The notes beneath the pieces are model-generated. The model saw only the letters and a program-made list of their open reading frames with translations. It was not told where the DNA came from and ran no database searches. DNA of 64,000 nt. Source: an uncultured Actinomycetes bacterium. GTDB taxonomy: Bacteria > Actinomycetota > UBA4738 > HRBIN12. Made by a program: the position numbers and the translations under genes. The stretch is from contig CAWBOB010000007.1 of NCBI GenBank assembly GCA_963790335.1, forward strand, positions 65,639-129,638, written 5' to 3'. Below are positions 1 through 8,460 of this stretch, in pieces (positions within the stretch are counted from its first letter, which is position 1; each line of letters begins with the position of its first letter).

Positions 1-2
1 GC

Positions 3-302
3 GGCACGGTCGACGTCGGCCTGGTGTTCACGTCGGACGGGAGCCTCGCCCGCCACGACCTGGTGCTGTTGCGGGACGACCGTGGCCTCCAGCCCGCTGA
101 GAGCATCGTGCCGCTCGTTCGGCGTGACGCCCTCGATCGCTTCGGAGCGGCCCTGGGTGAATCGTTCGATCGCGTGTCGTCGCAGCTGACCACCGACGAC
201 CTGCGCCGGTTGAACGCACTCGTGGCAGGGGGGGTGTCGGCCGACGACGCAGCTGCACGGTGGCTCGACGAGCACGGAGCCGGCACACCGACGCCCGGGT
301 AG
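3..302 (+). CDS. Glycine betaine/osmoprotectant ABC transporter substrate-binding protein, C-terminal part (5' truncated by window edge)
   Basis: VDVGLVFTSDG...LVLLRDDRGLQPAESIVPLVR...LTTDDLRRLN...AARWL is the typical OpuAC/OsmF C-terminus. Confidence 0.85.
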   Translation, partial: GTVDVGLVFTSDGSLARHDLVLLRDDRGLQPAESIVPLVRRDALDRFGAALGESFDRVSSQLTTDDLRRLNALVAGGVSADDAAARWLDEHGAGTPTPG

Positions 303-330
303 CATCTCGATCGCATCGGAAGGGAAGGAG
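300..330 (+). promoter_or_regulatory. Putative -10 element TAGCAT (300-305) and Shine-Dalgarno AAGGAG (325-330) for the PAP2-like/kinase operon
   Basis: TANNNT hexamer overlapping the upstream stop codon; SD 4 nt before GTG at 335. Confidence 0.5.
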
Positions 331-334
331 CGTC

Positions 335-2023
335 GTGGACGCCCTCGAACGGCCGAACCCCGGCACATCGGCGCGCCAGCGGCGCGTGCTCGGATCGAAG
401 GTGCGACGGCGCCCGTCGGGCGAGGCACCTCCCCTGCCCCGCGAGCTCGGCCGCACCGGCCGGTACTGGCTCTCCATCGCCGTGATCCTGATCGCGACGG
501 TGATCGGCATCGTGCTGTTCGATCCACTCCAGTACTTCTTCGAGCGCATGGACGCATCGATCCTCCAGTGGTTCGCTTCGTGGCGGAGCCAGGCCGTGGT
601 GGACGTCTTGACGGTCGTGGCGCTGCTCACCTCTCGATGGGTGATCCGGTCGCTCCGGTGGGCGACGATCGCGGCGTTGATCCTGGCGAAGCGCTGGCGG
701 CATCTGCTCGTGTTCATCGGCGCCTGCTTCGTCGAGGGCGCCTTGAGCTACCTGCTCGCTCAGTTCCTCGGGCGTCCTCGCCCGCTCGGCGCCTGGATCG
801 TCGGACCCTGGCAGGGCTACTCCCTGCCCTCGATCCCGATGTCGGCCCTCGCGGTCTCCCTGGTCGGCATGTCGTATTCCCTGATCCCGCATGGCAGGCA
901 TCGCGACATCGCGAAGTGGGGCACCGTGACCGCGCTGCTGCTGGCTGGTCTCGCCCGGGTCGCCCTCGGGTCGGATCACATCGGTGACGCCGTGCTCGGC
1001 GCCGTGCTCGGCGTCGCGGTCGGACTCACCGCCTTCCGATGGTTCACCCCCAACGACATCTTCCCGGTCACCTATGCAGGCGGGAAGTCGGCCCACCTCG
1101 ACGTCGGCGGCAGGCGCGGGGAAGCGATCGCCACGGCGGTACGGGACCAGCTGGGCTATCAGGTGCTCGAGGTGAAACCGGTCGGCTTGGCCGGCTCCGG
1201 GGGATCGACCCCCCTGCGTCTGCGGGTGACGGAGGAGGGGACGGGCGCCGAGCACCTGCTGTTCGCCAAGCTCTACGCCAAGAGTCACGTTCGCGCCGAC
1301 CGCTGGTACAAGCTCGGCCGCACCGTGCTCTACGGCAAGCTCGAGGACGAGAGCCCCTTCCAGACGGTGCGCCGATTCGTCGAGTACGAGGACTACACGC
1401 TCCGGCTGATGGAGGACTTCGGGCTGCCCGTCCCGAGGCCCTACGGCGTGCTCGAGATCACGCCTGAGCGCGAGTACATGATCGTGATGGAGTTCTTCGA
1501 CGGCGCGGTCGAGATCGGTGACGCCGAGATCGACGACGAGGTGATCCACCAAGGCCTGGCGTTGATCCGGGAGATGTGGGACGAGGGCCTCGCCCACCGC
1601 GACGTGAAGCCCGCCAACCTCATGGTCCGCGACGGGCAGCTCAAGCTGATCGACGTGTTCTTCGTGCAGGTGCGCCCCTCGCCGTGGCGGCAGGCGGTGG
1701 ACCTCGCCAACATGATGCTGGTGCTGGGCCTACGGACCGACGCGCACCGGGTCTACGAGCACGCGCTGCGGTACTTCACACCAGAGGAGATCGCCGAGGC
1801 GTTCGCCGCCACGCGAGGCATCGCGAGCCCGACCCAGCTGCGATCGATGATGAAGGCCGACCGTCGCGACCTGATGGCCGAGTTCCAGCGGCTCGCGCCG
1901 CATCGCGCGCCGCTCAAGATCCAGCGGTGGAGCATCCGCCGTGTGGGCCTCACGATCGCCGTCGTGCTGGTCGGCCTGATCGCGTTCGCCCTCGTGACGT
2001 CGAACTGGACGGTCTTCGCGTGA
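335..2023 (+). CDS. Membrane protein: degenerate PAP2-like TM domain fused to a protein-kinase-like (RIO/Kdo/APH superfamily) domain, with a C-terminal TM helix (paralog A)
   Basis: N-terminal TM bundle with PAP2 remnants (GRPRP, LPSIP, ARVALGSDHIGD); kinase motifs GLAGSGGS, LFAK, EYED, HRDVKPAN, LIDV; GTG start after SD. Confidence 0.85.
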   Translation: MDALERPNPGTSARQRRVLGSKVRRRPSGEAPPLPRELGRTGRYWLSIAVILIATVIGIVLFDPLQYFFERMDASILQWFASWRSQAVVDVLTVVALLTSRWVIRSLRWATIAALILAKRWRHLLVFIGACFVEGALSYLLAQFLGRPRPLGAWIVGPWQGYSLPSIPMSALAVSLVGMSYSLIPHGRHRDIAKWGTVTALLLAGLARVALGSDHIGDAVLGAVLGVAVGLTAFRWFTPNDIFPVTYAGGKSAHLDVGGRRGEAIATAVRDQLGYQVLEVKPVGLAGSGGSTPLRLRVTEEGTGAEHLLFAKLYAKSHVRADRWYKLGRTVLYGKLEDESPFQTVRRFVEYEDYTLRLMEDFGLPVPRPYGVLEITPEREYMIVMEFFDGAVEIGDAEIDDEVIHQGLALIREMWDEGLAHRDVKPANLMVRDGQLKLIDVFFVQVRPSPWRQAVDLANMMLVLGLRTDAHRVYEHALRYFTPEEIAEAFAATRGIASPTQLRSMMKADRRDLMAEFQRLAPHRAPLKIQRWSIRRVGLTIAVVLVGLIAFALVTSNWTVFA

Positions 2024-2595
2024 GGCGGCGCTCACTCGGCGTCGCCGGGTCGGTCGTGTTGCTCGCATTCACCGGTACCGCGTGCGTCGCCGACTTCGGC
2101 GCGCAACCGATCTGCTCGAAGCCGGAGGAGGCGGTCATGGTGCTCGTGGCCCAGTCGGTGCCGTCGGCCACCCGCCTGCCGTGCATCGCCGAGCTCCCCA
2201 TCGGGTGGATGTTCAGCGGGATCGACGTCAACGACGCCGGCACCACGCTGTGGCTCGACCACGACCGGGCCGGGGTCCATGCCCTCGAGGTCGAGCTCAT
2301 GAACAGCTGCGATACGTCGGCGGCCGTGGAGGTGCCCGCGGCGCCCGACGAGTTCGGCATGCGCGTCTATCAGGAGCCGACGAGCCTCGAGCCGTACTCC
2401 GGAACCCGGTGGCTGACCTTCGACGGCGGCTGCATCGTCTACCGATACCGCTTCGCGAACGACACGGAGTCGTCGCTGGTGCTCGAGGCCGACCGAGCGA
2501 TATCGTCGATCCCGCGCGCGACCATCGTGGCATGGATGCGTCGGCAGCTCGACGTCACGCTCTGCGGCGCCGGCGCGCCCGATTGCGTCGGATGA
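2020..2595 (+). CDS. Putative Cys-rich lipoprotein of unknown function
   Basis: GTGA overlap with the upstream stop; basic N-terminus, hydrophobic stretch and FTGTA-C22 lipobox-like site; six further Cys; GC3-rich codons. Confidence 0.7.
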   Translation: MRRRSLGVAGSVVLLAFTGTACVADFGAQPICSKPEEAVMVLVAQSVPSATRLPCIAELPIGWMFSGIDVNDAGTTLWLDHDRAGVHALEVELMNSCDTSAAVEVPAAPDEFGMRVYQEPTSLEPYSGTRWLTFDGGCIVYRYRFANDTESSLVLEADRAISSIPRATIVAWMRRQLDVTLCGAGAPDCVG

Positions 2596-3320
2596 GCACG
2601 GCGCCCGACATCCTCGTCCATCATCGGCGCGCCCTCGCCGTGGCGGTCGGACTCCTCGCGGTCCTCGCGTTCCTCCTCGTCGCGGTCGGGCGACACCCGG
2701 AGCAGCAGGCGCCGGCAACGACCCTGGCGGTGATCGGCCAGGTCGACGCATCGGTCGCTCGGTGGGCCGTCGATGTCCGGGCGGGGGCACTCACGGTGGT
2801 GTTCAAGGCGCTCAACCTGATCGGCGCGGGCATCGTCACGATCCCGCTGCGCATCGCCGCATCGATGTGGCTGCTCGTTCGCCGCCGGTTCGTCGCCTTC
2901 TCGGCGTTCGCCCTGACCTGGCTGGCCTCGGAGCTGCTCCTCACCTGGCTGAAGGTGTTCTTCCACCGGGGACGACCGGAGGGCTCGCTCGTCGAGACGT
3001 CGGGATTCTCGTTTCCGTCGGGGCACGCCGTGGCGGGAACGGCGCTCGCTGTCGCGCTCGTGCTGGTCTCGTTCCCGCCTGGTGAGCGCCGACGCAAGTG
3101 GGAGCTGCTCGCGGTCGCGTTCGCGTTCGTGATGGCCCTATCGCGCGTCTACCTCGCGGCGCACTGGCTCTCCGACGTCGTGACCGGTGTGGTGCTGGGA
3201 AGCAGCATCGCCCTCGGCTCGGCGGCGCTGGTGAGCGAGATCGTGAACCTGCTCGTCGCGCGCGGCGCGATCCGACGGGCGATGCCACCCGGCGATCCGT
3301 TGGATCCGCGCCTGAGCTAA
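2592..3320 (+). CDS. PAP2-family membrane phosphatase (undecaprenyl-diphosphatase/lipid phosphatase-like), intact active site
   Basis: ATGA coupling; all three PAP2 motifs present: KVFFHRGRP, PSGH, SRVYLAAHWLSD. Confidence 0.9.
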   Translation: MSTAPDILVHHRRALAVAVGLLAVLAFLLVAVGRHPEQQAPATTLAVIGQVDASVARWAVDVRAGALTVVFKALNLIGAGIVTIPLRIAASMWLLVRRRFVAFSAFALTWLASELLLTWLKVFFHRGRPEGSLVETSGFSFPSGHAVAGTALAVALVLVSFPPGERRRKWELLAVAFAFVMALSRVYLAAHWLSDVVTGVVLGSSIALGSAALVSEIVNLLVARGAIRRAMPPGDPLDPRLS

Positions 3321-3337
3321 CGACGAGCGTTCGGGCA

Positions 3338-4450
3338 TCACTGCCGGGACGGGATGCCCTCGTCTCCCTCGACGATCACGCCGTCTTCCGGCGAGCCACG
3401 GCGCCAGTCCTTCTTCGCCTTCCAGATCAGATAGGTGAACGCACCGAGCGGGATCTGCACGCCGTAGGTCAGGGCACGGAAGATCAGCACCGCCCCGACG
3501 ACCGCGGCCTTCTCGTCGGCGGGAGCGGCAGCCGCGAGCCCTCCGATGTACCCGAGGTCGATCACGCCCACACCGCCGGGCGTGATCGGCACGGCCGAGA
3601 GCAGCCGGCTGAACGCGAATACGGCGAACACCTCGGCCGTGCTCACGTCCTGCTCCGAGACCCCGAGGCTCCGCAGGGAGAGGAGCAGCACGAGCGCGAG
3701 GGCGAGGTGGCTGCCGACGGTGGTGATCGACAGTCGCAGCCACCGTCGCTCGACCAGGCCGATCGTGTCGGCCCTGAACCTCGCGGCGCCGTCGCCCATG
3801 TCGGTCTTCGGGGGCCTTCGGAACGCCCGCAGGAAGAACGAGATGACCCGGCCCAGACCGTCGCCGATGCGCCGAGCGAGACGCTCACTCGCGAAGAGCG
3901 CAGCGAGGAGACCGACCGCGACGGCCAGCACGATCACACCGACCGTTGCGGCGACGACGTAGGCCGAGCCGCTCTGCCCGGCGATCACGAGGAACACGAT
4001 CGACAGCACCGGCAACGCCAGCTTGGTGAAGATGTTCCAGATGCCGGTCACCCCGACGAAGAGGGTCACGTCGGTGCCGGTGAACCCCCACGACCTCAGG
4101 ATGGTGTACGTGAGTCCGACCGCGATGGCGCCCCCTCCGGGAAGCGTGTTCGCCACCGAGGTGGTCGTCTGCGTGATCACCGCCGCCTGCCCGAACCTGA
4201 GCCCGGGCAGGGCCGCCATGTTCGCCCACCAGTACGTGACCATGTTGAAGATCATCGCGGCGACGAGCCCTGCGAGCTCGAGGCCCGTGAGCGACTCGAA
4301 CGCCTTCCATACCGCGCCGTAGTCGGCCACCTTCGGGATCGCGAAGACGAAGATGCCGACGACGATCGCGAGCGAGATCAGACCCGACACGATCCGGCGG
4401 GCCGGCGAGTGGCGCTTCACCTGTGGAGATGCGGGGTCGGGCGACCTCAC
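3338..4450 (-). CDS. UPF0104/YbhN lysylphosphatidylglycerol-synthase TM-region (MprF flippase-like) protein, stand-alone
   Basis: Multi-TM; motifs NTLPGGGAIAVG, VPITPGGVGVIDLG, AVLIFRALTY typical of LPG_synthase_TM; no aminoacyl-transferase domain. Confidence 0.85.
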   Translation of the reverse strand: MRSPDPASPQVKRHSPARRIVSGLISLAIVVGIFVFAIPKVADYGAVWKAFESLTGLELAGLVAAMIFNMVTYWWANMAALPGLRFGQAAVITQTTTSVANTLPGGGAIAVGLTYTILRSWGFTGTDVTLFVGVTGIWNIFTKLALPVLSIVFLVIAGQSGSAYVVAATVGVIVLAVAVGLLAALFASERLARRIGDGLGRVISFFLRAFRRPPKTDMGDGAARFRADTIGLVERRWLRLSITTVGSHLALALVLLLSLRSLGVSEQDVSTAEVFAVFAFSRLLSAVPITPGGVGVIDLGYIGGLAAAAPADEKAAVVGAVLIFRALTYGVQIPLGAFTYLIWKAKKDWRRGSPEDGVIVEGDEGIPSRQ

Positions 4451-4487
4451 TCCGTACCGCGCTGACGCTGCTCGATCATGACTGGGC

Positions 4488-4541
4488 AGGATATCCCTTC
4501 ACCGCCTGGCTTGCGGGGGCCCCGGGACCCTCCGGTAGTCT
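4488..4541. promoter_or_regulatory. Back-to-back divergent -10 elements: TATCCT (minus, 4488-4493) and TAGTCT (plus, 4536-4541)
   Basis: The hexamers lie 8 nt before ATG 4479 (minus) and 7 nt before ATG 4549 (plus), the leaderless geometry. Confidence 0.55.
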
Positions 4542-4548
4542 GCGCGGC

Positions 4549-6210
4549 ATGAAGCGGCCCGTGGCTCCCGCGCCGGGCATGCGTGCGACATCCGAGCATC
4601 CGGTGCTCCCCCTGCGTCGCCCGTCGGGCCAGCCTCCACCACTTCCGCACACCTCGAACTCGGCCCGATGGTGGTGGGCCTTGGCCATCACGGTCGTGTT
4701 CGGCATCGTGCTCGAGCTGTGGGTCAGCCGTTCCGACGGCCTCCACACCTTCGGCGACGCCGTGTTGCGATCCTTCGAGGACATCCGCTCGGCTGCCGTG
4801 ACCGACGTCGCGAAGGTGGTCGCCGTGCTCACCACCTTCGGCGCCGTCCAGGTGCTTCGGCTCGCGCTTGCGGTCGTGCTGATCGTGACCAAGCGCGTGC
4901 GACACCTCGTGGTCGCGTTGGCGACCTTCGTCGTGAGCGACTGGCTCGTGCTGACGTTCCTCGACGTGCAACGTGCCCCCGGCGACGTCACGCCGTTGAT
5001 CGACGCCACGGACTTCCGGTTCCCCTCGTGGCCCATGACGGCGTTCGCCATCACGGTCTTCGCGATGCCGTTCGTGCTGGCGCCGGCCGGCCGCGCTAGG
5101 AGGCGGGCGATGGCCGGCGCGTGGACGATCGTGGTGCTCGTCGGGCTTGCGAGGCTCTACCTCGCAGCCGACTACCCGTCGAACGTGGCGTACGCGGCGC
5201 TGCTGAGCTGGGTGATCGACGAGACGCTTTTCCGATGGTTCACCCCCGACGACTCGTTTCCGGTCAGCTACCGGCGAGGGGGCAACGCCGCCCACCTCGA
5301 CCTCGGTGGTGCCCGCGCCGAGGCCGTGAAGCAGGCGATGGCCGATCAGGTGGGACTCGAGGTCACCGAGGTGGAGCCCTTCGGGCTGGAGGGGTCCGGC
5401 GGGTCGTCGCCGCTGCGCATGACGCTTGCCGACGGATCTCGGGTGTTCGGCAAGATCTACTCGACCAGTCACCTCCGCGCCGATCGTTGGTACCGCATCG
5501 GACGGACGATCCTGTACGGCAAGCTCGAGGACGAGACGCCGTTCGGCTCCGTGCGCCGCCTCGCGGAGTACGAGGACTATGCCCTGCGATATCTGGCGAT
5601 GAACGACGTCTCCGTCGCCGAGACCTGGGGGATCGTCGAGCTGACGCCCAACCGCGAGTACATGCTGGTGACGGAGTTCTTCGAGGACTCAAGGAACCTC
5701 GGCGACTCCCAGATCGACGACGTCGTCATCGACGAGGGTCTGCAGATGATCCGGCGATTCTGGGATGTCGGCGTGGCCCACCGAGACATCAAGCCGGCGA
5801 ACCTGCTGGTGCGGCGAGGCCACCTGCAGCTCGTCGACGTCTCCGGCCTCGAGGTGCGACCCACGCCCTGGCGCCAAGCGGTCGACCTCGCGAACATGAT
5901 GCTCACCCTCGCCGTGCAGACCGACCCGGATCGCGTGTACGGGCGGGCGACGGCCGTCTTCACCAGCGACGAGATCGCTGAGTCGTTCGCCTGCGCGGTG
6001 GGCATGGCCATCCCCACCGAGCTCGCAGGCCGGTTGAAGACCGATCCGCGACCGATCGTCGAACGCTTCAAGGAGCTCGCCCCCCCTCACCCACCGGTAT
6101 CGATCCAGACGTGGGACCTGCGGCGCGTGGCGCTCACCGTGACCGCCGGGGTGGGAAGCCTGGCGCTCGTTGCCATGGCGATCGCATCCCTGTTCGCCGG
6201 CCTGCGCTGA
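4549..6210 (+). CDS. Degenerate PAP2-like TM domain fused to a kinase-like domain (paralog B)
   Basis: Collinear with 335-2023: RRPSGQPPPLP, FPSWP, ARLYLAADYPSN, GLEGSGGS, HRDIKPAN, PWRQAVDLANMML; start supported by leaderless -10. Confidence 0.85.
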   Translation: MKRPVAPAPGMRATSEHPVLPLRRPSGQPPPLPHTSNSARWWWALAITVVFGIVLELWVSRSDGLHTFGDAVLRSFEDIRSAAVTDVAKVVAVLTTFGAVQVLRLALAVVLIVTKRVRHLVVALATFVVSDWLVLTFLDVQRAPGDVTPLIDATDFRFPSWPMTAFAITVFAMPFVLAPAGRARRRAMAGAWTIVVLVGLARLYLAADYPSNVAYAALLSWVIDETLFRWFTPDDSFPVSYRRGGNAAHLDLGGARAEAVKQAMADQVGLEVTEVEPFGLEGSGGSSPLRMTLADGSRVFGKIYSTSHLRADRWYRIGRTILYGKLEDETPFGSVRRLAEYEDYALRYLAMNDVSVAETWGIVELTPNREYMLVTEFFEDSRNLGDSQIDDVVIDEGLQMIRRFWDVGVAHRDIKPANLLVRRGHLQLVDVSGLEVRPTPWRQAVDLANMMLTLAVQTDPDRVYGRATAVFTSDEIAESFACAVGMAIPTELAGRLKTDPRPIVERFKELAPPHPPVSIQTWDLRRVALTVTAGVGSLALVAMAIASLFAGLR

Positions 6211-6231
6211 GGGAGGTCGCGGGTCGTCCGG

Positions 6232-7094
6232 TCATGCTCGTTGCAAGATCACGAGCGGCTTCGATCGCGGGCCGTCGTCTTCATACACGCCGATCAGCTC
6301 GCCGCCCGGCCCGAACACCGCGTGGGGCCCTCATGACCCGACGGGCCGAGCACCCGTCCATGGCCGGCGGCCGTCGCTTCCTCCGCCTCGAGCTCGAGCC
6401 TCGGAAGGTGCCACACCGCACGGTCGACGGGCAGCAGCCCCGGCTGCTCGCCGGGGGCCGAGGCCTCGGCCACGTCGAACGAGCCGATGCGGGTGCGCCG
6501 CAGGGCGGTCAGGTGCGCGCCGCAGCCGAGCAGGTCACCCACGTCGGCGGCGAGCGCTCGCACGTAGGTGCCGCCGCCACAGGCGACGACCAGGTCCACG
6601 TCGGCGCCTCGGCGCGCCACGACCTCGAACCGCTCTACGTGCACCGGGCGCGGCCCCGCTTCGAGCGACTCGCCTCGACGGGCAGCGTCGTAGAGTCGGC
6701 GGCCCCCGATCTTCACGGCCGAGAACGCCGGAGGGACCTGCAGCGAGTCCCCCACGAGCCCGGCGACCGCGCGCGCGAGCTCATCATCGTCCACGTGCAC
6801 CTGGGTGGTCGAGGTGACGTCGCCCTCGGCGTCGAGCGTGGTCGTTCGAACGCCCAGGCGCATCGTGGCCTCGTAGACCTTGGTCAGCTCGCCGAGGAAC
6901 CGCAGGAATCGTGTCGCTCGACCGACCCCCATCACGAGCAAGCCGGTGGCCATGGGATCCAACGTCCCCGCATGGCCGACCTTCTTCGTGGCCAGCCTGC
7001 GGCGGACGAGCGCGACCGCATCGTGGGAGGTGATGCCCCGCGGCTTGTCGATGAGCACGAGCCCCTCGGGACCGGGGGCCCCGGACGCCGTCAC
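6232..7094 (-). CDS. truB: tRNA pseudouridine(55) synthase TruB (apparent 1-nt frameshift near 6327)
   Basis: DKPRGITSHD, KVGHAGTLDPMATG, CGGGTYVRALA; the PUA tail continues in a shifted frame (AVFGPGGELIGVYE) to TGA at 6232. Confidence 0.95.
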
Positions 7095-8071
7095 GGGGCA
7101 GCCGGAGCCGTTCGCAGCGCGGCGACGAGCCGGTCGACCGTCTCAGCCGGACCGTGTGCCGACGTGTATCCCGCGGCGAGCCGGTGGCCGCCGCCGCCGA
7201 AGGCGGCGGCGGCGGCGGCGAGGTCGTGCGCTCCGCGCGATCGCACGCTCACCTTGAACCGACCGTCCTTCTGCTGTTTCACGATGGCCGCCACGTCGAC
7301 GTCACGGGCGGTGCGGATCACGTCGATCAGATCGTCGGTCTCGCCGGGTCCCACACCGGCCTGCTGCAGGTCGGCCTGGGTGAGATAGGTCCACACGAGA
7401 TCGGCGTCGGCCACGTGCTCGAGCCGTTCGAGGGCGACGCCCACCAGGCGTAGGTACGGCGCGGCGTTGTCCTCGTACAGGGCCTGCACGAGTCTCGCGT
7501 GGTCGAACGCATGCTCGCGGAGCCGGGCTGCGATGCGCAGCGTCTCGGGGGTGGTCGCCTCGTATTGGAACTTGCCGGTGTCGGTCACGAGTCCCGCGTA
7601 GAGGCACAGGGCGGTGTCGTCGGTCATCTCGCCGTGCATCGCCTCGATCAGGCGGAACACCATCTCGCAGGTCGACGACGCGTCGCCGTCGATCAGCGGG
7701 ATCGTGCCCAATCCGTCGTTCGACCGGTGGTGATCGATCCAGATCAGCTCGCCCGCCCGGTTCGCCACGTGCCCGAGCTGGCCCAGCCGGTCGAACGCGG
7801 CGCAGTCGCACGTCACCATGACGGCGGGCTCCCTCGGGAACTCCCTCGGCGGCACCAGGTGCTCGGAACCGGGCAGCATCGACGCCCATCGCGGAGGGTC
7901 CAGCGGATCGTTCGCGTACGAGCACGTGGTGCGGACCCCTCGTGAGCGCAGGAACGACGAGAGGCCGAGCATCGAGCCGAGCGCGTCGGCGTCGGGGTTC
8001 AGGTGGCACGCGAGTGCGACATCGGTCGCATCGCGCAACACCTCGGCGGCCCGCTCGAGCTCGACCGTCAT
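7091..8071 (-). CDS. nrnA: DHH/DHHA1 phosphoesterase (NrnA-like oligoribonuclease/pAp phosphatase)
   Basis: HLNPDADALGS, IDHHRSN, TDTGKF, FGGGGHRLAAG; located between rbfA and truB. Confidence 0.9.
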   Translation of the reverse strand: MTVELERAAEVLRDATDVALACHLNPDADALGSMLGLSSFLRSRGVRTTCSYANDPLDPPRWASMLPGSEHLVPPREFPREPAVMVTCDCAAFDRLGQLGHVANRAGELIWIDHHRSNDGLGTIPLIDGDASSTCEMVFRLIEAMHGEMTDDTALCLYAGLVTDTGKFQYEATTPETLRIAARLREHAFDHARLVQALYEDNAAPYLRLVGVALERLEHVADADLVWTYLTQADLQQAGVGPGETDDLIDVIRTARDVDVAAIVKQQKDGRFKVSVRSRGAHDLAAAAAAFGGGGHRLAAGYTSAHGPAETVDRLVAALRTAPAAP

Positions 8072-8424
8072 GTGCCGTCCTCCGACGCGTGCAGCCCGGC
8101 GATGAGCTCGTCGATGCGGCTGGCCTGCTCGTGGCTGGTGTCCTCCTCGAACTCGAGCTCGGGCAGGTACTTGAGCCGGACCTGGCGCCCGAGCACCGCC
8201 CGCAGGTGCGGCCTGGCCGACCGGAGGGCCGCTCTGGTGCCAGCCTTCTCCTTGTCCTCACCGAGCGTCGTGTAGGCCACCCACGCGTGGCGCAGGTCGG
8301 GCGAGACGGTGACCCCGAGCACGGTGACGAACCCCACCCGAGGGTCTTTCAGCTTCGGGATCTCCTGAGCGAGGATCTCTCGGAACTCCTCGCCGACGCG
8401 GTCGGTTCGCGCTCCCTGGGTCAT
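8068..8424 (-). CDS. rbfA: Ribosome-binding factor A
   Basis: RTDRVGEE...LKDPRVGFVT...VSPDLRHA...LKYLPELEF. Confidence 0.95.
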   Translation of the reverse strand: MTQGARTDRVGEEFREILAQEIPKLKDPRVGFVTVLGVTVSPDLRHAWVAYTTLGEDKEKAGTRAALRSARPHLRAVLGRQVRLKYLPELEFEEDTSHEQASRIDELIAGLHASEDGT

Positions 8425-8460
8425 GGCGGTCAGCCTACCTCGGCCGTCGTCGGCGCCACG

